From the NCBI RefSeq assembly GCF_004010195.1, contig NC_057721.1, forward strand, positions 55,421,091 through 55,485,090: a DNA stretch of 64,000 nt. The letters are read 5' to 3'. The stretch comes from Chiloscyllium plagiosum. Lineage: Eukaryota. Every line of letters starts with the position of its first letter. The stretch's first letter is position 1. Below are positions 1-12,688 of the stretch, in pieces. The position numbers and the translations under genes were made by a program. The notes under the pieces were generated by a model, which was given only the letters and a program-made list of their open reading frames with translations, made no database searches and was not told where the DNA came from.

Positions 1-612
1 GGGGATAGGACAGTGTTGAGGTAGGTAGAGATGAGTTCAGTGGTGCAGGAGCATGCTGAGACAATGGGTCGGCCAGGGTGGTCAGGCTTGTGGATCTTGG
101 GAAGGAGGTAGAACTGGGCAGTGCGGGGTTCCCGGTCTATGAGGTTGGAAGCTGTGGGTGGGAGATCTCCTGAGGTGATGAGGTTCTGTATGGTCTGGGA
201 GATGATGGTTTGGTGATGGGGGTGGGGTCATGGTCGAGGGGACAGTAGGAAGAGGTGTCCTCGAGTTGACATTTGGCTTCAGCGTTGTAGAGGTCCGTGC
301 GCCAGACTACCACTGCGCCCCCCTTTATCCGCTGGCTCGATGGTGAGGTTGGGGTTGGAGCAGAGGGATTGGAAGGCTGCGCGTTGTGAGGGTGAGAGGT
401 TAGAGTGGGAGAGGGAGGTAGACAGTGTGAAGCGGTTAATGTCCCGGCGGCAGTTGGAAATGAAGAGGTCGAGGGCAGGTAATAGGCCAGCGCGGAGTGT
501 CCAGGTGGATGCAGTGTGTTGGAGGTGGGCGAAGGGGTCCTCAGAAGGTGGGCGGGAGTCCTGATTGTGAAAGTAAGCTCGGAGGCGGAGGCGACGAAAG
601 AATTGTTCGACT
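1..612 (-). mobile_element. Penelope-like retroelement (PLE) ORF fragment, frameshifted, runs off left edge
   Basis: Minus-strand frames give FFRRLRLRAYF...SNLSPSQRAAFQSLCSNPNLTIEPADKGG / AVVVWRTDLYNAEAKCQLEDTSSYCPLDHDPT, the typical PLE pre-RT region (PADKG motif). Confidence 0.8.
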
Positions 613-656
613 GGTTTACGGTTAACTTCAAGAACTTGCCTTGCTCGGTTTCCTTC

Positions 657-664
657 TGACGTCA
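657..664. promoter_or_regulatory. Perfect CRE palindrome TGACGTCA in CpG-enriched DNA upstream of TXNL4B
   Basis: Sequence ctTGACGTCAgg; function inferred only. Confidence 0.3.
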
Positions 665-1406
665 GGCTACAGGGGTGCTTCCAGGTATTTGATTTCAATG
701 AGACTAATACACAATAAATTAACAGACAAACGATGTCCAAGAGCAGAGGTTGCACAATAGACAATAACGCGTGAACCTCTGAATGAAAGAATGAAGTCCC
801 AGTTCGAATTTGGAATTTGGAACGCGGTGTAGAACCTTGCCCGGATCTCATTCAGAGAAACAGCAGCCGCCTCAAAGAAGGAAAGGTCACTGCGCCTGTT
901 CATCTCTTTCCCCACTCCCTGAGCATATCCTGTCTTAACATTTAAAACAAAACTTGCACTATACATTAAAAATGCAGATTTATATTTAAAGCACAGTTTT
1001 TAAAATTCTGAAATGACAGGTGATTTGTAAAACCATTTTTTATCAGCAACCGATCATAAAACACCTCCAGGGTAATATTAACAATAACATTGCATGTGTC
1101 CAATTTAATTTATTCGAGATGTTTTCAATTTTCACTCCTTGCTCACTCACAGAGTGCCTACAACTGGCATTATTTTGTGATGTCATTTATTATCGGATAA
1201 TATATAGCAAACTTTGAGGCTTTATTTAATCGCGCTGCTTGATTACCATCGAGAATTTCTTTGATAATTCTTGTTTGGTGTTTCAGGGGAAATATTTCGA
1301 AGTAGTCCTATGACAGTTTACATCCGGTTCGTGGCTGGCTTCTCCCGCCCATGAATTTACGTTTAACCATTTATTTCGATTCGCTTTTTCTCTAAACGTC
1401 GAGAAA

Positions 1407-1538
1407 ATGAGCTTCTTGCTGCCAAAGTTACAATCTAAGAAAGACGTTGACCACGTTATAAAGACCGTGGCAGAAAGGGTACTGGTTCTGCGTTTCGGCC
1501 GTGATCAGGACCCTGTGTGTTTACAACTGGATGAAATT
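1407..1538 (+). CDS. TXNL4B: Thioredoxin-like protein 4B (Dim2), coding exon 1
   Basis: ATG at 1407; MSFLLPKLQSKKDVDHVIKTVAERVLVLRFGRDQDPVCLQLDEI then GTAAGA donor at 1539; 132 nt, phase 0. Confidence 0.96.
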
Positions 1539-2369
1539 GTAAGAATTGTTACCAAAGCTTCTGCACTTATTTTGAATGATTACTTTCATCGTGTTTCACT
1601 GTTAGCAGGTAAAATACTTTAAACTATCAGCTTGGTTCAGTTGGTAGAACTCTTAATCATGGAAGTGTAAGTACAGTTTCTAGAATCAGGTGCTGTGTAA
1701 ATTAATTTTTCATTGTTATTTCAGAAGACTAGTCTGAAAGAAAATAGTACCATTCCTAAAAAGGCTGAAGACACTAAAGAGATTAAGTGTGTGTCGTGCT
1801 TCGTATTACTGTGGTGGTGCGCGCAGGTTGTGTTTGTTTACAACAGACGTTGCATTTAAAAATAGATAGTTAAGGGTCAAGTTTTGAGGTGATAAGGTGC
1901 TTGAGCTCAGGTTATTGCTGAAATAATTTGCTGCCAGTACAGTAAAGCCTTCTTTGTTTTTAGATGCTTTTACAACTTCACATATCCCAATCTCTACGAC
2001 CTTTTCCAGTCCAACTATTTACCCAGGTCTGTACCCCTACAGTTCTGACTTTTTTGTGCTTTTAATCTTGCTACCATTAATAGTGGTGCATTCAGTAACC
2101 CAAACACTAAGCTCTGCATTTTCCCCATACCTTTTTTTGTTCACCTCTTTTTAAATTACTCCTTAAAAGCCACCCTGTTGACCAAGCGTTTGGTCATCTG
2201 ACCTTATAGCTACTTATGTCCCTTGATTTCAAAAGGTGTTTGTTCTCTACTGTGACGAGCCTTGAGGTACTTTACTATGTGCTGCTGCGATATAAATATG
2301 TGTTCATTCAAAGATTGATCCATAATATGCTGCATAAGGACATCTCATTGAGTTTGCCAGAAGTTAACT

Positions 2370-2672
2370 AGTGGTGTGCCTCAGGGATCAGTGTTGGAAC
2401 CACAATTATTTACAATTTATATAGATGATTTGGAGTTGGGGACCACGTGTATGGTGTCAAAATTTGCCGATGACACTAAGATGAGTGGCAGACCAAAGTG
2501 TGCAGAGCACTGTGAAACTTTGCAGAGGAACATACATACATTGAGTGAGTAGGCAAAGGTCTGGCAGATGGAATATAATGTTAGTAAATGTGAAAGTCAT
2601 ACATTTTGGTAGGAGTAACAGCAAAATAGATTATTACTTCAATGGTAAAAAGTTGCAGCATGCTGATTTGCA
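2370..2672 (+). mobile_element. CR1 LINE RT fragment
   Basis: Translates as SGVPQGSVLEPQLFTIYIDDL...SKFADDTK...WQMEYNVSKC. Confidence 0.85.
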
Positions 2673-2674
2673 GA

Positions 2675-3058
2675 GGAGAAAGTGAGGACTGCAGGTGCTG
2701 GAGATCAGAGTTAAGAATGTAGTGGTGGAAAAGCTCAGCAGGTCAGGCAGCATCCGAGGAGCAGGAAAATCGACATTTCAGGCATAAGCCCTTCATCAGG
2801 AATGAGGCTTGTGGGTCGGGGCTGAGATAAATGGGAGGGGGTGGGGTTTTTGGGAAACGTAACTGAGAAAGCGATAGGTGGATGAAGGTGAGGGAGAAGG
2901 TGATAGGTCGGGGGGAGTGATGGACAGGTCCAGAGGGTGGTGCCAAGTTGAAACCTTGGGACTGGGATAATGTGGGGGAGGGGAAGTGAGGAAGCTATTG
3001 AAATCCACATTTATCCCGTGTGGTTGCAGGGTCCCAAGGCGGAATATAAGGTGTTCCT
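2675..3058 (-). mobile_element. PLE 3' end / pseudo-LTR with hammerhead-like motif
   Basis: Reverse complement of the same terminus seen at 39310-39603; contains CTGATGA-stem-GAAA-GTC on minus strand at 2767-2803. Confidence 0.75.
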
Positions 3059-3497
3059 AAGCCGGAAGGTGGGTAGGCTGTCCTGACCGCTGTCACCCTG
3101 GGCAGGCTGTCCTAGAGGTGGTTGAGAAGGTGTGTCAGGGCAGACCGAGAACTGGAAGGGGCATGGGGTGGACAGAGAACCGGAAGGTGGGTAGGGGCGG
3201 GCTGTCTTAGAGTGGTCGGAAGGTGGGAGGCATGGGCGCTTGCTGGGTCTGTATTGTCTGCACTTTTGTATGTAACAGTACTGTCTAATGTACAACTGTC
3301 ATTGCTGTTGTCTCTTTATATCTTTGTGAAACTGGGATTTGAGGTTTGTCCTCATGTCCCTGTAAACTGTTTGAATGGTAGGGTTTGGGGCCTGGCTTTG
3401 CTGCTCCTCTCCCTTGTAAAATTGCTGTCTCTTGTATGCAGCTGTAAATGTAACTGTTTGTTGTAAACTGTTTTTGTAATTTAATAAAAAAATATAT
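3059..3497 (+). mobile_element. L1/Tx1-like 3' UTR fragment with AATAAA and A-rich tail, nested in the PLE
   Basis: GT-rich 3' UTR, AATAAAAAAA at ~3483, flanked by imperfect repeats atataaggtgttcct (3044-3058) / atataagttgtttct (3498-3512). Confidence 0.5.
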
Positions 3498-4102
3498 ATA
3501 TAAGTTGTTTCTCCTCCCATAATTTAAACTAATTGGGTGAATTCGAATTTGCTTTTGTATCCAGGTAACCCATCTAATCTAATTGTTCGACCAAATGTTA
3601 CATTTTAAATTTTCCAGTACTCTCTTTATGTTCCCTGAAACTAGTTTCTATGAAAAGTTCTGACTTGAGATACCTTCTTGATCTTTGCCAATACAACAAC
3701 AATCGCTGAAATATATGTTATGATAAGAAGTGTATTTTTTTTCTTTGTTAATTCAGCAGGTTATTAATGTCTGGTTAATCCCATTGTTGTTGTCTTTATT
3801 TTAACATTAAGAAACAGGTAATGGCTATTAATTGTCTGAACATATACTGTGTATATATGCTTATGGCACTCCTATAATGCTGATGTGGAATAAAGAGTAA
3901 GACTAAGGAAGTCCATAAACAGTCACCACAAAGAACAAGATTTATGAAACAAATTTCAATCTCTTCAAACTTGATCCAATTTGTCCAAACCTATTGTTTA
4001 AATTCCAGTGAATATGTTTACATTAGTTTTCCTTCTGAAGCAAAATAATTATATTGATTAAGTTCTCAATATAAAGTTTTTTTTCATCTTTTTTTTCACT
4101 AG

Positions 4103-4254
4103 CTTTCAAAAACTGCTCATGACCTGAGTAAAATGGCAGCTGTTTACCTGGTGGATGTTGACAGTGTCCCTATTTACACTCGCTACTTTGACATCAGTTA
4201 CATTCCTTCCACAGTTTTTTTCTTTAATGGCCAACATATGAAAGTGGATTATGG
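4103..4254 (+). CDS. TXNL4B: TXNL4B coding exon 2
   Basis: Pyrimidine tract + TAG acceptor; LSKTAHDLSKMAAVYLVDVDSVPIYTRYFDISYIPSTVFFFNGQHMKVDY(G); GTAAGA donor; 152 nt. Confidence 0.96.
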
Positions 4255-4289
4255 GTAAGATATTTTGCTTTATAAAACATTTCTGATTC

Positions 4290-6317
4290 AGTATATGGAT
4301 GTATCTACTAGAGAAGTTGCAAAACTAGACCTACTCTTGGGAAATAAGGCAGGGCAGGTGACTGAGGTGTCAGTGGGGGAGCACTTTGGGGCCAGCGACC
4401 ATAATTCTATTTGTTTTAAAATAGTGATGGAAAAGGATAGACCTGATCTAAAAGTTGAGGTTCTAAATTGGAGAAAGGTCAATTTTGACGGTATTAGGCA
4501 AGAACTTTCGAAAGCTGATTGGAGGCAGATGTTCGCAGGTAAAGGGANNNNNNNNNNNNNNNNNNNNNNNNNNNNNNNNNNNNNNNNNNNNNNNNNNNNN
4601 NNNNNNNNNNNNNNNNNNNNNNNNNNNNNNNNNNNNNNNNNNNNNNNNNNNNNNNNNNNNNNNNNNNNNNNNNNNNNNNNNNNNNNNNNNNNNNNNNNNN
4701 NNNNNNNNNNNNNNNNNNNNNNNNNNNNNNNNNNNNNNNNNNNNNNNNNNNNNNNNNNNNNNNNNNNNNNNNNNNNNNNNNNNNNNNNNNNNNNNNNNNN
4801 NNNNNNNNNNNNNNNNNNNNNNNNNNNNNNNNNNNNNNNNNNNNNNNNNNNNNNNNNNNNNNNNNNNNNNNNNNNNNNNNNNNNNNNNNNNNNNNNNNNN
4901 NNNNNNNNNNNNNNNNNNNNNNNNNNNNNNNNNNNNNNNNNNNNNNNNNNNNNNNNNNNNNNNNNNNNNNNNNNNNNNNNNNNNNNNNNNNNNNNNNNNN
5001 NNNNNNNNNNNNNNNNNNNNNNNNNNNNNNNNNNNNNNNNNNNNNNNNNNNNNNNNNNNNNNNNNNNNNNNNNNNNNNNNNNNNNNNNNNNNNNNNNNNN
5101 NNNNNNNNNNNNNNNNNNNNNNNNNNNNNNNNNNNNNNNNNNNNNNNNNNNNNNNNNNNNNNNNNNNNNNNNNNNNNNNNNNNNNNNNNNNNNNNNNNNN
5201 NNNNNNNNNNNNNNNNNNNNNNNNNNNNNNNNNNNNNNNNNNNNNNNNNNNNNNNNNNNNNNNNNNNNNNNNNNNNNNNNNNNNNNNNNNNNNNNNNNNN
5301 NNNNNNNNNNNNNNNNNNNNNNNNNNNNNNNNNNNNNNNNNNNNNNNNNNNNNNNNNNNNNNNNNNNNNNNNNNNNNNNNNNNNNNNNNNNNNNNNNNNN
5401 NNNNNNNNNNNNNNNNNNNNNNNNNNNNNNNNNNNNNNNNNNNNNNNNNNNNNNNNNNNNNNNNNNNNNNNNNNNNNNNNNNNNNNNNNNNNNNNNNNNN
5501 AAGTGGCAGATGGCGTTTAATGCAGATAAATGCTAGGTGCTGCATTTTGGGAAAGCAAATCTTAGCAGGACTTATACACTTAATGGTAAGGTCCTAGGGA
5601 GTGTTGCTGAACAAAGAGACCTTGGAGTGCAGGTTCATAGCTCCTTGAAAGTGGAGTCGCAGGTAGATAGGATAGTGAAGAAGGCGTTTGGTATGCTTTC
5701 CTTTATTGGTCAGAGTATTGAGTACAGGAATTGGGAGGTCATGTTGCGGCTACAGGACATTAGTTAGGCCACTGTTGGAATACTGCGTGCAATCCTGGTC
5801 TTCCTATCGGAAAGATGTTGTGAAACTTGAAAGGGTTGAGAAAAGATTTACAAGGATGTTGCCAGTGTTGGAGGATGTGAGCTACAGGGAGAGGCTGAAC
5901 AGGCCGGGGCTGTTTTCCCTGGAGGGTCGGAGGCTGAGTGGTGACCTTATAGAGGTTTACACAAAATTGAGGGGTATGGATAGGATAAATACGCTAAGTC
6001 TTTTCTCTGGGGTCAGGGGGTCCAGAACTAGAGGGCATAAGTTTAGGGTGAGAGGGGAAACGTATAAAAGAGACCTAAGGGGCAACTTTTTCATGCAGAG
6101 AGTGGTATGTGTATGGAATGAGCTGCCAGAGGATGTGGTAGAGGCTGGTACAATTGCAACATTTAAGAGGCATTTGGATGAGTAAATGAATAGGAAGGGT
6201 TTGGAGGGATATGGGCCAGGTGCTGGCAGGTGGGACTAGATTGGGTTGGGATATCTGGTCGCCATGGATGGGTTGGACCGAAGGGTCTGTTTCCATGTGT
6301 ACATCTCTATGACTCTA
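4290..6317 (+). mobile_element. CR1 LINE, 5'-truncated, spanning an assembly gap
   Basis: LDLLLGN...EHFGASDHNSI (endonuclease end), KWQMAFNADKC, LEYCVQSW, WNELP; ends ctctatgactctat. Confidence 0.9.
4548..5500. other. Assembly gap (N run)
   Basis: N characters. Confidence 1.
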
Positions 6318-6935
6318 TTCGTAAATATCTTGTTCAATGTGGAGTGAAGAAACACTTTCTCTTTGCCATATCTGATAGGGGTAGCAATCGCTTAAAATTA
6401 GGCTATATTCAGCAGTTTTTTTCAATTGAAAATGACTGCTTCAAATCTTTCCTATTTAGTTGTTAGCTACTCCACAATCCATAATTCTGCTGAAGCTTAT
6501 ATTTTACCTTTTAGCTGTTAAATCATATCTTAAGCTGTCACTATTTCTGCAGTATTTAATGTCTGCCTCACTACCACCTTTTGATTCTCGTCTCAAATAA
6601 AACTTCTTTTTTCTCCAATCCCAGTTAACCTCATGTCTCCATTGCTTTATTTGCCAGTTACCTTAAATGTGTACCCCACCTTTCTCAATCTTTACAATAG
6701 TGGAAACTGTCCAGAATTACTGCTTCAGAAGTTTCCCCACTACCAAAGTTAAACTTACTGACATGCAGTTGCTAGATTTATTTCTACACCTGTTTTTAAA
6801 CTAGTGTATAGCATTTGCAATTCTGAAGTCATCTGGCACTGCCTCCACCCTGGCATCTGAAGAGGACTAAAAAAATGTTAGTGCCTCTGATTTCCAGTCT
6901 ACCTTGCTTCTGTATTTGGGTTATTCTAGTGACTT

Positions 6936-7195
6936 GGAGAACTGCAGTGAGGACTGCAGATGCTGGAGATCAGAGTTGAAGAGTGTAGTGCTGGAAAAGC
7001 ACAGCCGGTCAGGTAGCATCAGAGAAGCAGGAGAGTCTACGTTTTGAGCAAAAGCTCTTCATGTGGAATGAAGACCCCTATTCTCAATGAAGAGCTTATG
7101 CTCAAAATGTCAGCTCCCATTCCTGATGAGCTTATGCTCTAAACGTCAATTCTCCTGCTCCTCGGATGCTTCCTGACCAGCTATGTCTTCGACTC
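6936..7195. mobile_element. Fold-back PLE-derived mini-element with 15-bp TSD
   Basis: Inverted pLTR arms; flanks ttattctagtgactt (6921-6935) and ttattctagtgcctt (7196-7210). Confidence 0.75.
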
Positions 7196-7535
7196 TTATT
7201 CTAGTGCCTTATCAACTTTAATTGCAGAGCCATTTTGTAAAATTCTCTACAGTCTGAAATATTTCCCATCTCTGAACCACATTGTGTCTTACCTAGACAA
7301 CATATTTTTCCTTGGTAAAACTAGATGAAAAGTATTGATTTAGTACGGCAGCCCTGAACCTCCAAATGTAAATTTCCAAGTTAATCCCAACTGTTCCCAA
7401 CATAGCGCAATCCTCCTTTGTGTCCTCTCTCTTATTTATAAAGTATATTAGTGTAAATTATTCAATTCCATTGGAATTTTGAAAGTAAAATTGTGAACAT
7501 TGGCAAAAACGTGTTTCCATTCTGTTTTGGTTTAG

Positions 7536-7701
7536 GTCTCCAGATCATACGAAGTTTATTGGATGTTTCAAAACAAAGCAAGACTTCATAGATTTAATTG
7601 AAGTAATATTCCGTGGAGCAATGCGAGGAAAGCTAATAGTACACAGCCCTATTGATCCGAGGAATGTCCCAAAGTATGACCTTCTTTATCATGGCATCTA
7701 A
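7536..7701 (+). CDS. TXNL4B: TXNL4B coding exon 3 (to stop)
   Basis: TTTAG acceptor; [54 protein letters not shown]; total 132+152+166=450 nt = 149 aa + stop. Confidence 0.96.
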
Positions 7702-8097
7702 ATGGACTGGCAGTATGCTGTGTTTTGCAAATATTTAAACAGAATGCAATATCAAGTCATCAACTGTTCTTCATTTGTTAAAGAATATTGAGATTTGATG
7801 CAAAATGGATAGTCCACAACATTAATCGGCAAGAAATTTCTTGTAAGAACTTTGCAAGAATCGCGGTGAATGGACTCAACATGACAAGTTGTTCTTCTAT
7901 TGCTTAAAATTTCAGTATCCTGCAGCTGCAAATCTCAGCTCATTGGCAGGTCTGCCATCATAAACTTGCCTTAAAGATTAGCTTTGGAAAATTAGTTCAT
8001 TTGACTGAGAACTGGTGTTTTCCCAATTAGCACTTGATAGGAATTCACTAAACAGGAGTTTTTCCAGGCTGTGTTTTTTTTTAAATTATATCTAAGA

Positions 8098-8103
8098 AAT
8101 AAA
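8098..8103 (+). terminator. Candidate polyadenylation signal for TXNL4B
   Basis: AATAAA about 400 nt downstream of the stop codon. Confidence 0.4.
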
Positions 8104-8944
8104 CACTAGACATGGAAAACGCTACTGGAAAAGGAAGTAATAGTTAAAACAGGCAAAGGAGAAATAGGAGCAATATGGTTTCTGCATGATTACACATCAT
8201 TCTTGTACCAAGGTAATAGATTTCTAATCCATTTATACACTCGTGCTCCTTGGAGTTCATTGGTGAATTTGTTTTTAATCTCCAAATTTTACTATAGTGT
8301 AGAAGTGCTTACTTCTGGTACAGGAATTTGAATCCAAATCCAGTTCATATACAGTTCTAATGGATAGACAAAGTTCATCACAAAGTAAATCACCCTTACT
8401 GATTGTGGTTTCTGCCCTCAACCTTATTTTTCTGTCCTAAATAAGGTTGCTCCTACAGATTTGGTTCGCAATGGAACAGTAATTTTGTGATGCATTGAGA
8501 ACATAACTATTCAAGTCAAAACCTACTGTTTCCAAATTATTTAATCAACAAAAGCATTATGTTCTACTAATCTTGTCCTCACACCTGGTTCTGTATGACA
8601 CCTGCATCTTTTCTATCAGAGTCATGAACAATAAGTTGGTGCTTTCTTCAGACTGTAGATGGGGCAAGGTGTAAAGCCCCTTATCACTGAGCCAGCTGAT
8701 ATCAGTTAACTCAGCATACACCTGAAACTTTGTCAGACATTCAGTAATGGGAACAATGTACTTTGCTCACCTTGCATGTGTTTTATGTGTATTCTGTATA
8801 ATTTTGATTTGTATGGTGGCTCTTCTAACCAACTTCACATTTGAAGGATAAAGTAAAATATTGCAAACATTAGAATAATTGTAGATTGATTCCTGATTAA
8901 AGGGTTTCCAAAAGAGACAGAGCCTGGGATTTGGTAATACCAAC

Positions 8945-9620
8945 ATCATCAGGACTTATACTATTAATGGTAGTGGGTAGTGTTCTAGAACAGAGACCTA
9001 GGAGTTCAGGTACATAATTCTTTGAATTTTGCATCACAGGTAGACAGGATGGTTAAGACGTTTAGTATACTTGCCTTCATTGCTCAGATGTGAGCATAGG
9101 AGTAGTGTACAGAACATTGGTGAGGCCACTTCTGGAGTAGTGGGTGCAGTTCTGGTCACCCTGTTATTGGAAGGATATTATTAAACTGCTGAGGGTTCAG
9201 AAAAGATTTACTAGATGTTACTGGGAATAGAAGGTTTGAGTTACAAGAAGAGGCTGGATCAGCTGGAACTTTTTCGCTGGAACATAGCAGATTGAGGAGT
9301 GACCTTAGAGGTTTATAAAATCACAACAGATATAGATACTGTGAAAGGCAGGTGTCTGTTCCCAAGCGTAGGGAATTTCAAGACAAGGGGTCTTTAAGGT
9401 GAGTGGAGAAAGATTTTTAAAAAAGGGGGCTTTTTTTTTTAAAAGCAATGATTTATGTGTGGAATGAACTGCCAGAGAAAGTAGCAAATGAAGGTACAAT
9501 TACAACATTTAAGACATTTGGATAATTATATAAGCAGCATTTGGAGGAATGTAGGCCTAGCACAGTTGAGTGGGACTAGTTTAGTTTCGGATAATGGTCA
9601 ACATGGACTGGTTGGACTAG
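8945..9620 (+). mobile_element. CR1 LINE 3' fragment, decayed
   Basis: Similar to CR1 3' end at 5560-6300 (aggacttata...gggactagtttagtt). Confidence 0.8.
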
Positions 9621-11384
9621 ATAGTCATAGTCATTCAGCACAGAAACAGACTAAGTACTCCCACTAAGGGTTGATAAAGGATGGAAACAATTTTTCACAC
9701 ATTTAGAGATGCATCATTTCTTAAAACACTTAAATATTTAAGAATTAATGTGGTTACAGTTTGAGTCTATCATTTTTGACCACAGCACACACCTTTAAAG
9801 AGGTATAGTCTTTGTATGTCTAACTTTTTTTCCTAGAGATGCTGAGCTATACATACAAATGATCAAATTTACATGTGAAAAATTTTTTAGTGTCATTGAA
9901 TGACAAACTTACAATCGCATTGGTGCTGTCAGCATATGAACCAATCAAAATGCTATCAAAGTGGTGTAATCAGACTATAGTGATGCCATTCAGAGAACAA
10001 CATATCAAGTAGATTGAGAGGGTATAGGGGTTAGACCGAGGAAGGAATTTTGTAGCATAGCAGGTCAACAACTGAAAGCACAGTTGCTAATGGTAGGGCC
10101 ACTTTGTTTTATCATTGATCCACTGTATTAAGAAAATGGTTAAATTCAATGTTAAAATCACTGGATTTTAAATATTTTCTAAGCTTTTAAAGCAACAACA
10201 GAATTGTAAAAATTTACAATGGCTTCATCAACTCCACTGACAGATTTTCTGTTGCCATTATTGGGGACTGTGGAGAGTCACAGGTAGTCTTACAAGTTAA
10301 GACTTATCTAGTATAATTATTTTAGTTTGGATTCTGAGAAGGGACACTTGTAGTTTTTTAAAAAATTAACTATAATTATGATAAGTAAAATTTACTAACT
10401 TGAACAAAGGAAAGAGGCAGTAACAGGGAAGTGTGGTTTCCTACATAGCCGATTTTATTATACAGGTAAGTCACCAACAGTGTACACATTCAATAGTATC
10501 TCATGATCATTTGGTTCAAGTTACAGAACAAATAGCTATGATTTTAGAATTTTTTTTCTAAATTCACATTTTGTGTTAAATAAAAACATTTAGTTGGAAG
10601 CAACAATCTATGTTTCTTCCTAGAACATGCCCTTCGGCCCACAATGTTTGGCCGAGCATTTATCTTAATCTAAGATCAATCTAACCGACACACGCCTCAA
10701 TATACTACCATTCATGTGCTTGTCCAGCAGTTGCTTAAAAGTCCCTAATGTCTTTGACTCTACTACTACCACCACCACCGGCAGTGGTAGTCTTTAAGTT
10801 ATAAATCAGGAGCCAAACCCAGAACTTGCCCTTATTCAATTACAAGCAGCATCTACTGGTGTTGTCATTTTAATGACTTTTTCCCTTCCTTGGCAAGCAC
10901 AGATACGGGAGGAAATGAATTTTCCATTTACAGAATAGGAACATTGCTGACAAGACAAATTTATTCATGTTTCCATTACCTATTTGCCCCTTAAAGAGAT
11001 TTCTTGGATTATAACTGCCAGTGTTGTGATGTTGATTCCTTAATGCATTTAGTTTGTGCCGGAGTCAAAATTCTGATGCACCCAAAGATCTGATGATAGA
11101 TCTAATTCAGATGGTATATTTCCACACACCTGTTCCCCTTGTCCTTCTCTGGTAAAAGTTTCAGACTTGGGGAATGCTGCTGAAGATGCCCTAGTGACTT
11201 ATTGCTCTAATTACTTTACAGTGGGGGTGTAGTACATTGAGAAGGAGTAGAACAGCAGAACCAAGTCCAAGCTACTCTTCAAATAATATCCATTATCCAG
11301 AAACATGGTGTATAGTAACCATGTGCATGAATCATGAGATTTTCACCTTCCTCCATCAGAAACGGAGGCCAATTATTTCTTAGT

Positions 11385-11860
11385 CATAGAATCAGATATT
11401 GCAGTCCAACCACTGATCCCAAATTAAACTAGTTCCACATGCCCGTGCTGGCCCATATCCTTCCAAACATTTCCTATTCATGTACTAATCCTTTAAACAT
11501 TGGAACTGTACCTGCCACTTCATTTCCACACATGAACCAAAAAAACCTGTTTAAAAATGTTTCTTACCTTAAAAGCATGCCAGGTCTTGAACTTCTTACC
11601 TGAGGGAAAAAGACACTTGCCATTCACCTTATTTATGCCCCTCATGATGTTAGAAATCTCTAAAAGGTTTAAATCTTCTCAGCCACTTATGCTGCAGTGA
11701 AAAAATCCCAGCCTATCCTTATAATTCAAACCAACATCCTGGTAAATTTTTTTGAACCCTCTCCATTTCTATAACTATATGATCAGAATTGGAACTACTC
11801 CAAAGAGTGGCCTCACCAACATGCTAAATTACTTCAACATAACATTCCAATGCCTATACG
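11385..11860 (-). mobile_element. CR1 LINE 3' fragment, decayed
   Basis: Reverse complement of CR1 3' end starting at tail agtcataga. Confidence 0.7.
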
Positions 11861-12688
11861 CAAAAGGTGATCACACTAGGATCTCATGATTCTTTTATAA
11901 TATAAAATCCATTAAGTGTTCATTTTGTAGTAATCAGTCAAAACAGAGATTGGTCAAATTTTATTCCAGTCAAAATTAAGCTACAGCATAAAGGCAATGA
12001 ATGTAATACAGACCATTCTAAATAAACTGTCCAGTTGGTCAGAATTATTGTGGCCTATGACACTATTGAGATACCTTTTTTCTCAAAGTGGTCGAATGTG
12101 TATCACGCCACGTAACTGACATACTATAAAAGGTCAGAACAAAAAATTCTCGAAGTTCACATGAAACCAAACTATAACAATCCGGTGGCGGCTAACTGAA
12201 TACAGAGTTAGTGGCACTCAAACACATGGTTGTATTTCGAAAGTACAGTTAAGAATCCGTTGAACATTCACACAAGTGGCAAAATAGAAAGCTTTAATTT
12301 CGTTGTAGAGGGGAAGTGTTGAAAGATACCGAAAATTCGAAGTTTTACAGCAATTCCCCCCTACTACCCCGGCTCCTGTATATAGGAACAGGTCAAAGAT
12401 ATCTACATGAACAATCGAGTGACCAGGAAGAACACTACAAAAAAAAATCACGTCTCCCGAATGTACTTTCACCGTAAAGTAAAAATCTTCATTGGATAGT
12501 TTGGAATTTAGCCTGGGCACATGTTTACAACTTTGCGTGGCATCCTTAAAGCAATCAAATAGCTAGATAGCCCATAATATACTCGAGAAAACATCAATAG
12601 AGAAACACGTTTCTGTTTAGAGTGCTTGGTATTCATGACTTCAAGTTACCAAATATTGTTGATGTATTTGACAAAATTCGGGAAACTA

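Noticed and set aside
667-966. 99-aa minus-strand ORF head-to-head with TXNL4B (possible DHX38/TRMT10C start)
   Set aside because: No resemblance to N-termini I can recall and no convincing donor; probably promoter or UTR sequence.
1539-1622. Extension of the TXNL4B ORF in the ORF track
   Set aside because: Read-through into the intron after the GT donor at 1539.
4265-5597. Long 360-423 aa ORFs
   Set aside because: Artefacts of the N gap within a CR1 element; the same applies to ORFs across 38817-39309.
12218-12520. 100-aa ORF downstream of FAM172B
   Set aside because: No recognisable homology; probably FAM172B 3' UTR.
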